This document shows, piece by piece, positions 26,001 through 36,790 of a DNA stretch of 64,000 bases; the first letter of the stretch is position 1; each line of letters starts with the position of its first letter. A program made the translations under genes and the position numbers. Below the pieces are notes generated by a model. The model saw only the letters and a program-made list of their open reading frames with translations, searched no databases and was not told the origin of the DNA. The DNA is from Glycera tridactyla. Lineage: Eukaryota. The stretch covers positions 98,766,001 through 98,830,000 of the forward strand of contig OZ286467.1 of the NCBI GenBank assembly GCA_965644265.1. The letters run 5' to 3'.

Positions 26001-26845
26001 TTCTAGTGACAAAGGTTTTCCTGAAGTTAGGTGTGCCGAGAGTTATACACACAGACCAAGGTCCTGAATTCCAGTCGCAATTGTTGGAAGGTGTCTGCAA
26101 GTTATTGGAGGTTCAGAAGACTCGAACTACACCATATCACCCTCAGTCGGATGGCCAAGTTGAACGGTTCAACCGTACACTGATCGCTATGTTGTCAAAA
26201 CTCTGTGCAGAGAACAAGCAAGATTGGGATGACCATCTCCCGTTCGTCATGTGCGCGTATAAGTCTACCGCTAACAAATCTACTGGTTGCAGTCCTAACC
26301 TGCTGATGCTGGGAAGAGAGACCATCCTTCCTATAGATCTCATGTACCCGCATCCATCCGATGATCAACATGCTTGCCCCAATGAGTATGTAGAATGGGT
26401 TCGACAGGCAATGCGGGAGAATTTTGAGAGGGCAAGAAGTCATCTTGGTGAGGCAGCCCAACGACAGAAGCGCTACTATGACAAACGGGCAATGACAAGA
26501 AGTTTTCAACCAGGAGATTGGGTGCTTCGTTATTACCCTCCAGACAAAAACAAGAGCAAATTGAATTTTCTCTACACTGGTCCATTTTTAGTCACTAAGA
26601 AAATCAGCGAGGTAAATTATGAAATCCAGAAGACGGAGCGATCATCCAAATTCGTGGTCCATGTACACCATCTGAAGGAGTACGAATGGGATGATACTCC
26701 GCCAAGCTGGTTACCAACGTATTCTGCACCTGAAGAGTCCTCCGATGAAACCAGTGCTCTCCCTGTTTCTGATGAAGAGCCTGTCCTCTCTGGCCATCGA
26801 ACACATAAGTTGCCTTCTCGGTTCCAGGATTTTGTCCTGTATTAG
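22948..26845 (+). CDS. pol: Gypsy pol (protease, RT, RNase H, integrase) with a 1-bp frameshift near 24243 and a 93-bp in-frame insertion
   Basis: LIDTGAT (protease); LDLASGYWQV, MPFGLSNAPATF, YIDD (RT); LDTDAS (RNase H); H..H..C..C, TDQGPEF, GQVERFNRTL, YTGPF (integrase). Restoring one base gives the canonical KTAFVTEGGLYEFNVMPFGL. Confidence 0.95.
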
Positions 26846-26977
26846 TTCTTGTTGTGAAGAGAACTCAAGGTCTCCTTGTTGTGAAGGGAACTCAAGGTCA
26901 TCAAGGTTCCGGGGTAGGGTGCATCAGAGACAGAAGTGATGTGCAGCCATCACTAAATGTGCTTATTCTTTTGCAGG

Positions 26978-28226
26978 ATGTCGCATAACCAGTCAGTCAA
27001 ATGCTATGACTGTGGCATGTGGGTCGCGAACAGGAAGGCGTTGAGCCGTCATAAAACAGACCATCACGAAGAGAAAATCGGCTGCCCGATGCCCAATTGT
27101 TATTTCTCCTACGCCCCGGGACGCAACTACAATTTCAAGCGGCATCTTGAGGAAGTTCACGGTGCGCTACCAGGATCGAAGAAACGCTGGCCCTCTTGGA
27201 GTATGACACTGCCCTCCAAGACCTTACCACAATAGACCTGGTGGCCCAGGCATCGCTCTTTGCTGGGATAACTGAAGTCGGTGTGACCCCACAAGTCGTG
27301 CCGACTGCTACGGCGACTGTGGCAGCCTGCCCTGCTACGAGCTCCACGGCTGCCCTGGGATCATCAGGAGGCGCGGAGGACATCATGGCTTCTTGTGTGA
27401 AAGCGCTCCATCATCCGCAAGTCGTGGACTTGGGTATTCCTCCCTGGGAGATGCCATCAGATGATGAGTTTACCCCGTCAGCTGTGAGGTCATTTGAGGT
27501 CAGCGTTCCTGCCCCAGTTTACATCCCGTCGACGCAAGTGGAGGAGTCAGCCGCAGTCAGCCTATCAGCCGAACCCCGTGGCAACCAGTTGAGGTCAGCG
27601 TCCCTGCCCCAGTCAAGATCTCGTCTTCTCGAGAGGAAGAGCTGGCAGCAGTCTGTCCAGCGACCAAACCCCTCACGTGTGATCGGGCATCCAGTCCCAT
27701 CATCTGGGCCGACGAAGATGTAAGACCATCGACCTGCTCCCGCGGATCGAGTCCGATTCCGGAGGAGTTTAACTTGAGGTCTGTGAACCGGACAACCCAA
27801 TTTCTTGTCGACGAAGCCCTCTTGGAGGACAGTGTAGAGGAGACCCTTCCACGTGGGAGAGGAGTGCAACCTCCGGGTGCTCCCACCTACCGCCTGCGAA
27901 ACATCACACTCCCGCCCAAGAAAGGACGCTCCTATGATTATTACCATGACGACGCCCGCATTTTCCTCTGTGGAGCTCCTTCCACCTTCAAGAGCAACCA
28001 TCCGCTGGCTAAAGCCCTCTTGTCGCGGGCCCGGGACGAGTTCATCAAGGATGGGTATGACCGCGTGGTGAAATTGGAGCCAGCTGGCCATTACGTCCTG
28101 CACCGGAAGGAGACTCTCCATCTTCCCGAGAAATCTTATTCGATTGAGGCCACCTGGGTGTCCATGCCAAGTTATTGCGAGCAGCAAAATGCATCTTGCC
28201 AGTGGTTGTCCCCTAAGGCAGACTAG
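26978..28226 (+). CDS. Gypsy accessory ORF3: two C2H2 zinc fingers, S/P/A/E-rich linker, unknown C-terminal domain; two apparent frameshifts
   Basis: CYDC-x12-HKTDH and CPMPNC-x14-HLEEVH; frames 26957, 27196 and 27774 each step -1 and join near 27170 and 27580; acceptor ttattcttttgcag|G ATG at 26976/26977. Confidence 0.7.
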
Positions 28227-29804
28227 TTAGTTTGACGGCCGATCTTTAGAAGTTGGTGAGTAGCCCGAGGTAGTAGTTCTGTGTGGGATTGGTTTGGGAT
28301 CTGCGGGTTGTGTTCCTTCTCCCTCCCTTGGGGATTTTCCCAGGGATATGAGAAGATGGGATGGCCTGCAGATGCCTTTATCTACCTGGCAGTAGTAGTG
28401 GTAAGTCATTCTTCACGCGTTGCAGCGTACATTGAAACGTCCTTTTCACATCTTTCAGAGAGGTATATTAATGAGTCAACTTTCAGTCTTAGTGACGGAT
28501 TGAGCATGCGTTTTGAGCAGGGGTTGCCCCTTATGATATGGCGCTATATGAATTACTATCAAGTATCACTACTAAGTATTAGTATTATTGTAGTGTCGTA
28601 CGTATTTAAGGATGGGGAATCATTTCTCCTTGGTGTCAGTAAACATTTTCATGGCACTACCTCAACTCGAGTAGGGATTTGATTGTCCTGTATTTTCTTA
28701 AATTCTCTATCTAGAAAGGCTGTGTCATTCTGACCAACCTGATAATTCTCTGGGCTAAACACCAACTTGTACTTAGCTTAGATGTCCTGTATTATTTCAT
28801 GAGCCCTCATCAATTCATTTAGTCTCTGGCAACGAACATTAGTGCTGGCCATCGTAGCGTCATTACGGCTGCGGTGTAACCCCATGCGGAATGGACTAAT
28901 TCTGGGTGCGTAGAAGTTTGTTGGAGATCATCATGTCATCCTTCATGTTTCACATAATCAGGGTATCAAGGCTATGTATCGGTTATTGTCTCATCTGTGT
29001 ATTAGATCACTATTGTGTCTTTTGATCGAGAACCGTACAGTTTTATCCAAAATGTCACAAATAATAATAGCAGAATCAGTCCACAGTCTGGTCAACTGGT
29101 ATGAAACAATTGCTGATTTCTTTCAATTTATAGTTGGACTTTGACTGTTTGTTAGCTGGTTCCGGTTATTGCTCTCCTAATGCCAACTTTGATTAATTTC
29201 AGTTCATGCAAATTAGCTGAGAGCTGATATGTTAGAACAATTGTTGATGGCATTAGTATTGCTGGTAATCACCCTGTCTTTGGACAAATATATCTATGGA
29301 ACTTGATCGCTCAATGCAAGCGATCTATCCATTGATTGAAGGAGTTTGTATGCACCATAGAACCCAATGTCTGCCATTTAGTTAGTGGATACATAAGACA
29401 TCACGCCTTCTTGAATATCATAGAGTGTTTGTGGGTGGTGTGCCTTGGCATGGTCTCAAGTTTATATTCCTTAGAACATGCCAAGATGTGATGGCCCACA
29501 TACTCCATATTTTAGTATCGTCACCAGAACAGAATTTACAACTTCTGAAATTATCATATAGTAGGTGAGCTTTTGTCGGAGAGCGACATTTTGTCTGCCT
29601 TACTTCAGAGTAACTCGGAGCTGACTTTGCAACTTGTGGATCACCAAAGGGCCCTGTTAATATTGTATATATGTACCATGTTATATCAAATGTGTGCACC
29701 ACTGTTGTATTGTCTGGACTTGGGACGGAAAAGTTTCATGTGATTACGTAACTTTGTCAGTATCTAGTTTTTGTGTCAATATTTATCAGAGTTTCTGGAT
29801 GGCA

Positions 29805-30022
29805 CATCTTTTGGTCTTTCTGAAGAACCATAGTCCTCAAAATTTCTGTGGCGCCGGAATTAGCGTCCGTATTGATCATCTTTGTCTTTCTGAAGAACCA
29901 TAGTCTTCCAAATTTCTGTGGCGCCAGAATTAGCGTCAGAATTGGTCATCTTTGTCTTTCTGAAGAACCATAGTCTCCCAAATTTCTGTGGCACTGGAAT
30001 TAGTGTCAGAATTGATCATCTT
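29805..30022 (+). repeat. 70-bp tandem repeat, 3 copies, in the Gypsy 3' untranslated region
   Basis: Unit catctttgtctttctgaagaaccatagtctcccaaatttctgtggcgccggaattagcgtcagaattgat; period 70. Confidence 0.9.
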
Positions 30023-30886
30023 GGTAACATGGTTTGGCCAGTTGAACTTTCATGTTGTATTCTTTGATCTTTCGGCCTTGTCCAAAAATTTGAAAACGCA
30101 AATTTATTAATGACAGGGTATCACGATGTGATCACTGGTGGAGTGAGTCCGTATCAGACCATAATGTACATATCAAAGCCATTTTCCGTCCAGAGTGTGA
30201 TGCCAAATCAAATGTGTTCAATGACTAGTCGAAAGTGCATGCAATAATCAAATGTTTCTTGGTGATTCGGTTTTAATGAATGCATGGTGTCTCAAACCTC
30301 GTTTTGAGATCTAATGTCATTGTGTGTTGTGGGTGTGAGTATTTAATGTATAGCTCAAACCGCCTTTGTAACTCTGCTCACGTTGATATGTGTATGGCAG
30401 GAACTGGGTCTTCGGTTATCCCTTAATGTATTGCGGCAATGCCTGATCTGACCAGATCACGCCGGGTTTACATCTTTTTAGGGATTTCCTATTATATGTG
30501 CAGTTTTAGGGCCTGTGTTATGAACTTGTTGTGGCAATGCACCTTGTTCCGCGGTGTCGGGTTGTATTTGGTTTAGGGTTTGACCTGTCTGGATTTAAGA
30601 GCAGATAATTGATATATGTATGGTAGTCGTGTTGTGTGGTAGTAGATGGTAATGTTAGGGTATCATTTTTGAACGAACAGTGCACTAGAGTTTCACTTTC
30701 GAATATTCCAAATTTGATAAGATAAAATATGAGTCCTTCCGGACAGTTTATAGTTCTCTACCTCAGTTGAGTTTGGGAGTACTGCAGTATGTAGTCTGGC
30801 CATCCTCTGGGTGCACTACTCGGCTGAGTTAGAAACAATGCTTATTTTACGTGACAGTTGAGTAGTTCGAGGACAAACTAATGTGT

Positions 30887-30899
30887 AAGAAGGGGGTGG
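30887..30899 (+). promoter_or_regulatory. Polypurine tract
   Basis: AAGAAGGGGGTGG directly before the TG of the 3' LTR. Confidence 0.8.
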
Positions 30900-33439
30900 T
30901 GTGGCGAGCCGGCTGTCGAGCTGTCACTTGTCAAACTTGCACACGCTCGCGTGTTTCGCCGCCGATTGTTCCGATAGCAACTGTCACGCAAATAAACGTT
31001 TGTTTACGCGCATTTTGTGCTTAAAACACGCAGAAATCGTTGTTTTCAAGGTAAGCTTACCTAAATTGACCTGTTAGTATGTATTTCTTGCTAAAATAGC
31101 GGATTTCGGTGGTTTATGCTGCTGGAATCGCCATTGTTTATATCCGAGGTTGCACCCCACATAATTATTTTGCCGGCGTCCTATTGGTCAATATTTGTAT
31201 TAGCTGCTGAGCACGCTTGCTTGACAACGCAAGCTGCGCTCGAGCGTCGACTTAAGTTGTCACTCCGACTGAAGTGTCGACTCAAGCGCCGACTCAAGTG
31301 ACGACTTGAGTTGCCACTCATAGCCTATAAAGACCCAATATGTCAAAGTGAGCAACCAGTCTTGGTTCAGCCCTGTTAGAGGCAACACTTAAGCAATATT
31401 ATAGCTCCTCAAATCTGGACATTGGCCTGCCATAGGCACTTAATTGAATCAGTCCCCAGTGGTCCCTGTCAAATGAGACCACCTGTCAAGGTTGACAGCA
31501 GTTGATTTCATCAGTAATAACATCCCTAGTGCAAGTGTTTAGACCCTGAACTTTGCCAACTTAACTTGTGTCTCCACCTTTGGACTTAGTAAATACTATG
31601 TGGTAGCATGGCTCCTGCTGTGTGATTTAATGGGCTGTGCAGAAGTATGGCCAGCCGTTTGGCAGTAAATATTTAGTTATCATTTGAGGTTGGGGCCTCT
31701 AACTTGCGGGCCACCTCAAGTTTCAAACTGTTGACATGGCGTATTTCGGATCTGCTTATCACCCATGCTCTTAAATTGCCACCGGTTTACTTAAGCCAGC
31801 CTTTTAGTATTCTAGCTGTGTGATATAATCCTCCATAGTTGTCATAGAAGGCTCTTAATTATACATCATTCAAGTGAGGTGCCACTGGCATCTATTTACA
31901 TATTTGAAGATAATGAACTAGTAGTGAGTGATACAATTTGTATGCCTTGTAATGAACTGTATTATTCTGTCTCTTTTGCAAATATATGTGGGAAGGGAAT
32001 CGGTATAGTCTAGTACCTTTGTGGTCCTAGAGATTCAGTCAGTTACAAGCATATAGTCATACCACTGTGGGTCTTGTCCCTTCGGTGAATCACCCTGTTG
32101 TCTTTTCCTCTGCCGTATATATTCTTGTCAGCATCAGCTCTCTTAAATCACTGTCATGAGTCTGTGTGAGTGTGTGAAGTAGTGTTAGGTGTGTGCGCCG
32201 ACCTTGTGGTCGCACAGTGTATAGGAGAAGTGTGTAGTTTAGTTGCAGCTGTAGGTGTGTGTGTGTGCCGACCGCGTGGTTGCACTGTGTTTTAGTGTGT
32301 AGTGTAGTTGTAGTCGTAGTGTGGGTGCGCCGACTCGTGGTCGCACTGTGTTAGAGTTTAGTTGTAGTCGTAGTGTGGGTGCGCCGACTTGTGGTCGCAC
32401 TGTGTTAGAGTGTAGTTGTAGTCGTAGTGTGCGTGCGCCGACTTGTGGTCGCACTGTGTCATAGTGTGTAGAGTGTAGTAGTCATAGTGTGTGTGCGCCG
32501 ACGTGTGGTCGCACTGTCATAGGCAAGAGTGTAGAAAAGTAGTGCTTGCTAGACTTAGAGGGGTGTAGTAGTTGAGAGTGGGGTTAGACGGAGAGAGTTA
32601 GTAGACAGGTGTAGTAGCTAATCAGGGGCTCAGTTCCATGTACAGTCTTGGGAAGTTGTGATTTTGGTAGAGATGGGTCAAGAGTAGAGTGGGACGGGCG
32701 AATCAGGGGCTCAAAGCTGTGCATGGGCTGAGGTAGGTATTTGGGAATCTTTGGGGTTTCTGTCCTTCCGTACAGGCTGGGAAGTCGTGATCCAAAGTAG
32801 AGAGAGAAAGACAGGTTAATCAGGGGCTCAGTTGTACAGGGGTCAGGGAGTATAATTGTTAGGGAGGTCTAGTAGCAAGCGTGACACTGTGTGAGCGAGT
32901 TGGGTGTGGTAGAGTGGACGAGTGTGGCGTGAGTTGTATGTAAGTGTTGGTTGGCGTATTGTTTGTAAAGCTGATGCGCTGTCTTGGTGGTTTTGTCGTG
33001 TAAATATCTCTTGTCTGTCGGTGACTGATAATAAATGCAAATGTTAACATAGTTTGTATGCTGTGTCGAACTCCTTTATTCAGCAAGGTTGGGTAGTGTC
33101 AAGGGAGGTTATCGGACGTTTCAGTCTCGTTTTCAGGTTGATATCGCCTGTCTTGTGTCAGATTTGACGTTCGAGAGTGATTGGTACTCCAGTTGTGACC
33201 GGCCCGTGGGGTCCCGAGCGTGTGGGATCTGGTGAAGGTGCAGCATTGAGTGCCCTTGCTCTTGTGTGAGACTCCGTCTGGCAGTCTGAGTGGGACTTTG
33301 TGTTCGGTGGAACGACGCTACCCGGCTTGTGGGCCTGAGACCAGGTCCCGCAAACTAGATCCACAAGACGGGCTTTGTCTTAGAAGAGGGCTCAGCCCTG
33401 AAGGACACAAATAGTAGACACCCCCCCTTGCGCGCTACA
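30900..33439 (+). repeat. 3' LTR (2540 bp)
   Basis: Direct repeat of the 5' LTR; internal array has 6 units instead of 5; followed by the CTAG TSD. Confidence 0.96.
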
Positions 33440-33772
33440 CTAGGACATAATGTGTGGGTGTCATCTGTGTGTGTGTGTATGTGTATACGTATGGGTGTGG
33501 ATATGTGTGGGTGTGTTGAAGGGGTGGGAAGTATATATGTATGTGGGGAAGGGGTGTGACAAGTGGCGAGATGGGGTGGGAGTCCTTATAAGTAGTATTG
33601 GCGATGGTCTATTATGATAAGTGCAGTACTGTGTGAGGATGTTGTTTTTGACAACCTTCCATCTTTTGCAGATTTCAGGCTTGCGACATCAATTTCAACA
33701 CTCACTTTGTTCTCAATCTTGACCTTGACCATTATACATTGACCTTGAATTTGACCCTGGATATAGATTAGG

Positions 33773-35060
33773 ATGAGCGGATACAGGAAACCATTTGACA
33801 GGGAGAGGGGGAGGAGGAACGTGTTGGAGATGAGGGAGGAGGCTTGTGTGAGTGGGAGGAGGCGAGTGAGGAGAGACGACTAAGTGAGGAGGTGTGGAGG
33901 GATTGGACAGATGGGAGGAGGAGCTGAGAAAGAGAGGGCGTTAGAGGAGAGGGAGAGAGGAGTAGGAGGAGCATGGGTGGCAGGAGGGCAAAACGAGGAA
34001 GGGGGTAATCCGGTGGAGAGAGGGAGGGGAGGTGGAGAGTTCCCAGAGGAGGGATGGGGAGGTAGAGAGTCATTGGAGTTTGTAGGAAGGGAGACAAGAG
34101 GCCGAGAGGAGAGAGTGAGGCGAGAGAGTTGAGGCGTGCGGAGGAGAAGAGACAAATGAGGGAAGCCAGGGAGCAGAGGAGAGAGTGGGAGATGAGGGAC
34201 CTGAGACACGCGGAGGAGGAGAGAAAGAGGTGGGAAGCGAGTGTTGAGAGGAGAGAGATGAGGCATGCGGAGGAAAAAAGCGAGAGGAGAGGAGATAGCA
34301 AGCGGAGGAGGAAGCGAGAGAGGAGGGGAGAGAGAGGGAGGTGAGAGAACTGAGCCAAGCGGAGGAAGAGGTGAGATTAGAAGAGGAGAGGCTGATGAAG
34401 GAGGCAGAGCAGAGAAAGGTGGTCAGGGACAGGGAGGTGGAGCTGGGGAGACGGAGGGGAGATATCAGGTGGTTGAGGGAAATGGAGAGGTGTGGTAGCA
34501 TAGAGAGGATGAGGAGACAGGTAAGTGAGGATGGGGGGGGGGGAATGAAGCAGTGGAGGCTAGGAGGGATGTAGGAAGGGATCAGGAGGAGAGGAGGGGG
34601 GTCAGTGTTGAGGGTGGAAGGGTGGGTTCATACGCAGAAGTTGTGAGGGTGGTGGTGAGGGAGGGACATCCGTTATGGGTGGGGAGAGAAGTTCAGGTGG
34701 TGAGAGGATGGCAGAGGAGAGAGTGCGGGTGGGGGTTCTTGAGGCAGTGAGACAGAGAGTAGGGTGGGAAAGGAAGTTTTGTTTGTTTGAGTTTTACGTC
34801 ATTTGAACCTGCTTGGGTTATATCGCACTGAATGGGACAGGAAGTTCAAAGAGGCGCTATGGAACAGCAAAGGGATTGTGTGGGTTGACAGGGAAGAGGA
34901 CAAGTATTGGGGAAGGGGAAGAATTGGACGGGGAAGGAATGAACTGGGCAAAATCCTGATGGAGGTGAGGCACGATGTAAGGAGGGATATAGTTGGGGAA
35001 GGCCGAGAGGAGTCGCGGGGTAGGGGGCATGTGGTAGGAGGGGGATGCAGGAGGGGAGTA
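33773..35060 (+). pseudogene. Degenerate purine-rich ORF: E/R-rich coiled coil followed by a partial NADAR (YbiA/DUF1768)-like domain
   Basis: After removing a retroposon insertion and one frameshift: GREVQVVRGWAEERVRVGVLEAVRQRVGWDRKFKEALWNSKGIVWVDREEDKYWGRGRIGRGRNELGKILMEVRHDV, matching the NADAR C-terminal D..WG.G..G.G.N.LGkiLMevR signature. Confidence 0.65.
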
Positions 35061-35143
35061 ACGATGGAATGAAGGGGGGTCGTTGCGATGAATAGAGAGG
35101 AGGGTGGGCGTGGGCGAGGAACATGAAGAAATGGAGACAGGAC

Positions 35144-36790
35144 GTTTGTTTGTTTGTTTGAGTTTAACGTCACTTGAACCCGCTTGGGTTATATCGGACT
35201 GAAAAACTGAAAATGCTGAAGAAAAGAGTCACTGCCTGCCGGGGGCCGTCCCTACTCTTTGCGAAAGACAGCAGTGGATCTTTAACGTGCTTAAAGGAAA
35301 AGGCTCCTAAATAAACGGCCGGCCTTTGATATCCCAGTTGCCACGCACTGGGTTAGCATGCACACGATTTATATTTGTCTAAATATTCCCAATTCGTGCA
35401 ATTGAACAAATATGTCTGTTGGATCGACTTTCATGAAAAGTTGTGTCATATTTTCTACAGTGTAATACTTTACTCTAGTTTGCGATAGTTTTCTATAGTC
35501 GAGCAATGAATGTTTGACAGTGAGATGGCATCCGCATGCAAAGCAATCAGGTTTGTTTTTGTTTGTTTGTTTTAGTTTAACGTCACTCAAACCCGCTTGG
35601 GTTATATCGGACTGAAAAACTGAAAATGCTGAAGAAAAAGAGTCACTGCATGCCGGGGGCCGTCCCTACTCTTTGCGAAAGACAGCAGTGGATCTTTAAC
35701 GAGCGTAAAGGAAAAGGCTCCTAAATACACGGCCGGCCTTTGATATCCCAGTCGGCATGCACTGGGTTTAGGATTGCCTTGTTTTTTCAGAAGGTGTGAG
35801 ATATGTATGTCCTATCCTCAAACGGGAAAGTACTATCTCCTCTCTTCTATTCATAGTTCTCGCAGGGAATGTGTCCTCAAGTTTTGGTCTGATGTGATTC
35901 AATTTATTTCGCTTTTTGGTTCCCCATTCATTCTGCCAGAGTTGGTCAATATGGAGCTTTATCCTTGGTTTGAAGTCAGAATAATGGATTTCCATCTCAG
36001 TGACTGGCAAACCTATAGCCCTTTTGGCCTCTTTATCGGCTGCCTCATTTCCAGGAATTCCTATATGGCTTGGAATCCAGCCAGTCTAACAGTCTTTTGA
36101 TGATCTTTGATTATTTGATACTCTTGCAAGATTTGCAAGAGTATACAGTTCCTGAGATTTCCCTGCAAGGCCTGCAGAGATGACAGGGAGTCTGTGAAAA
36201 TTATGAACTTTGTTTTTCCGACCTTGATAAGTATTTGAAAACCAGTAGTAAGGCCCTCAGTTCAGCTGAAAATACTGTTGATCAATCAGGTAACCTACAG
36301 TAATAAGTTTGTGATTCTGTATGAACAGCTGCACATGCTTTGCTGTCACATTTGGATCCATCTGTGAAGATGGCCTCATGATCACCATAACGTGACCTAA
36401 TCTCTAGGTATCTACTTTTGTATGACACCTTGAGTGTCTGTGAATTTCATAAATTTTCGCCTTCTGTTTGGGATCCAGAAGGAGGAGTCTTGAATGATCC
36501 CACCCATGCCCATTGCATGGGCGTCACAATATAGCCCAGATGGAGCTGACGTGACGTTAAACCCCCAACAAAACAAACAAACAAACAAACAAAAGTATAG
36601 CGATGGGTTGGTGGTCTCCTTTGTGGATGTATTTGTGGAATGTCACAGTCCCAGTCTGCAATCTGAGCAGGATCCATCTGTGGTATTGGGAGTGTGTCAA
36701 AGTCACAACTTCCAAAGTGATTTTCGAATCTCATTCCAAGAGGAGCAATGACGTGGAGATTTTCTTGAAATTCCTATTTATATTTAGGCC
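35144..36790 (-). mobile_element. 5'-truncated I/Nimb-group LINE: RNase H, CCHC C-terminus and 3' UTR; interrupted by two short retroposons
   Basis: Minus-strand AIFTDGSK...TVFSAELRA...IFTDSLSSLQAL...WIPSHIGIPGNEAADKEAK, then WQNEW...RREEIVLSRLRIGHTYLT and PDCFACGCHLTVKH...GIFRQI*; the 3' UTR ends in (CAAA)n. Confidence 0.88.
36421..36595 (+). mobile_element. Family B short retroposon (about 170 bp, hairpin-rich); the only plus-strand copy, inserted in the LINE
   Basis: ATGACACCTTGAGTGTC...GACGTTAAACCCCCAACAAAACAAAC. Minus-strand copies or fragments at about 7770-7930, 10545-10950 (three), 25623-25715, 37380-37420, 38405-38575 and 42495-42535. Confidence 0.82.

Larger units (their letters stand above)
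17959..33439 (+). mobile_element. Full-length Ty3/Gypsy LTR retrotransposon, about 15.5 kb, mildly degenerate
   Basis: Two near-identical LTRs (TGTGGCG...CGCTACA); 4-bp TSD CTAG at 17955-17958 and 33440-33443; PBS, PPT, gag with CCHC knuckles, pol order PR-RT-RH-IN. Confidence 0.97.

Noticed and set aside
26978-28226. ORF3 as env
   Set aside because: No signal peptide, furin site or transmembrane anchor; it starts with C2H2 fingers.
33768-34501. Long Leu/Ser/Pro-rich minus-strand ORFs
   Set aside because: Antisense shadows of the purine-rich plus-strand sequence.
35556-35769. HDV-like ribozyme in family A (GGCCGGC start, crossing stems)
   Set aside because: P3/L3, P1.1 and J4/2 elements cannot be placed, and the putative cut site does not coincide with the observed 5' end.
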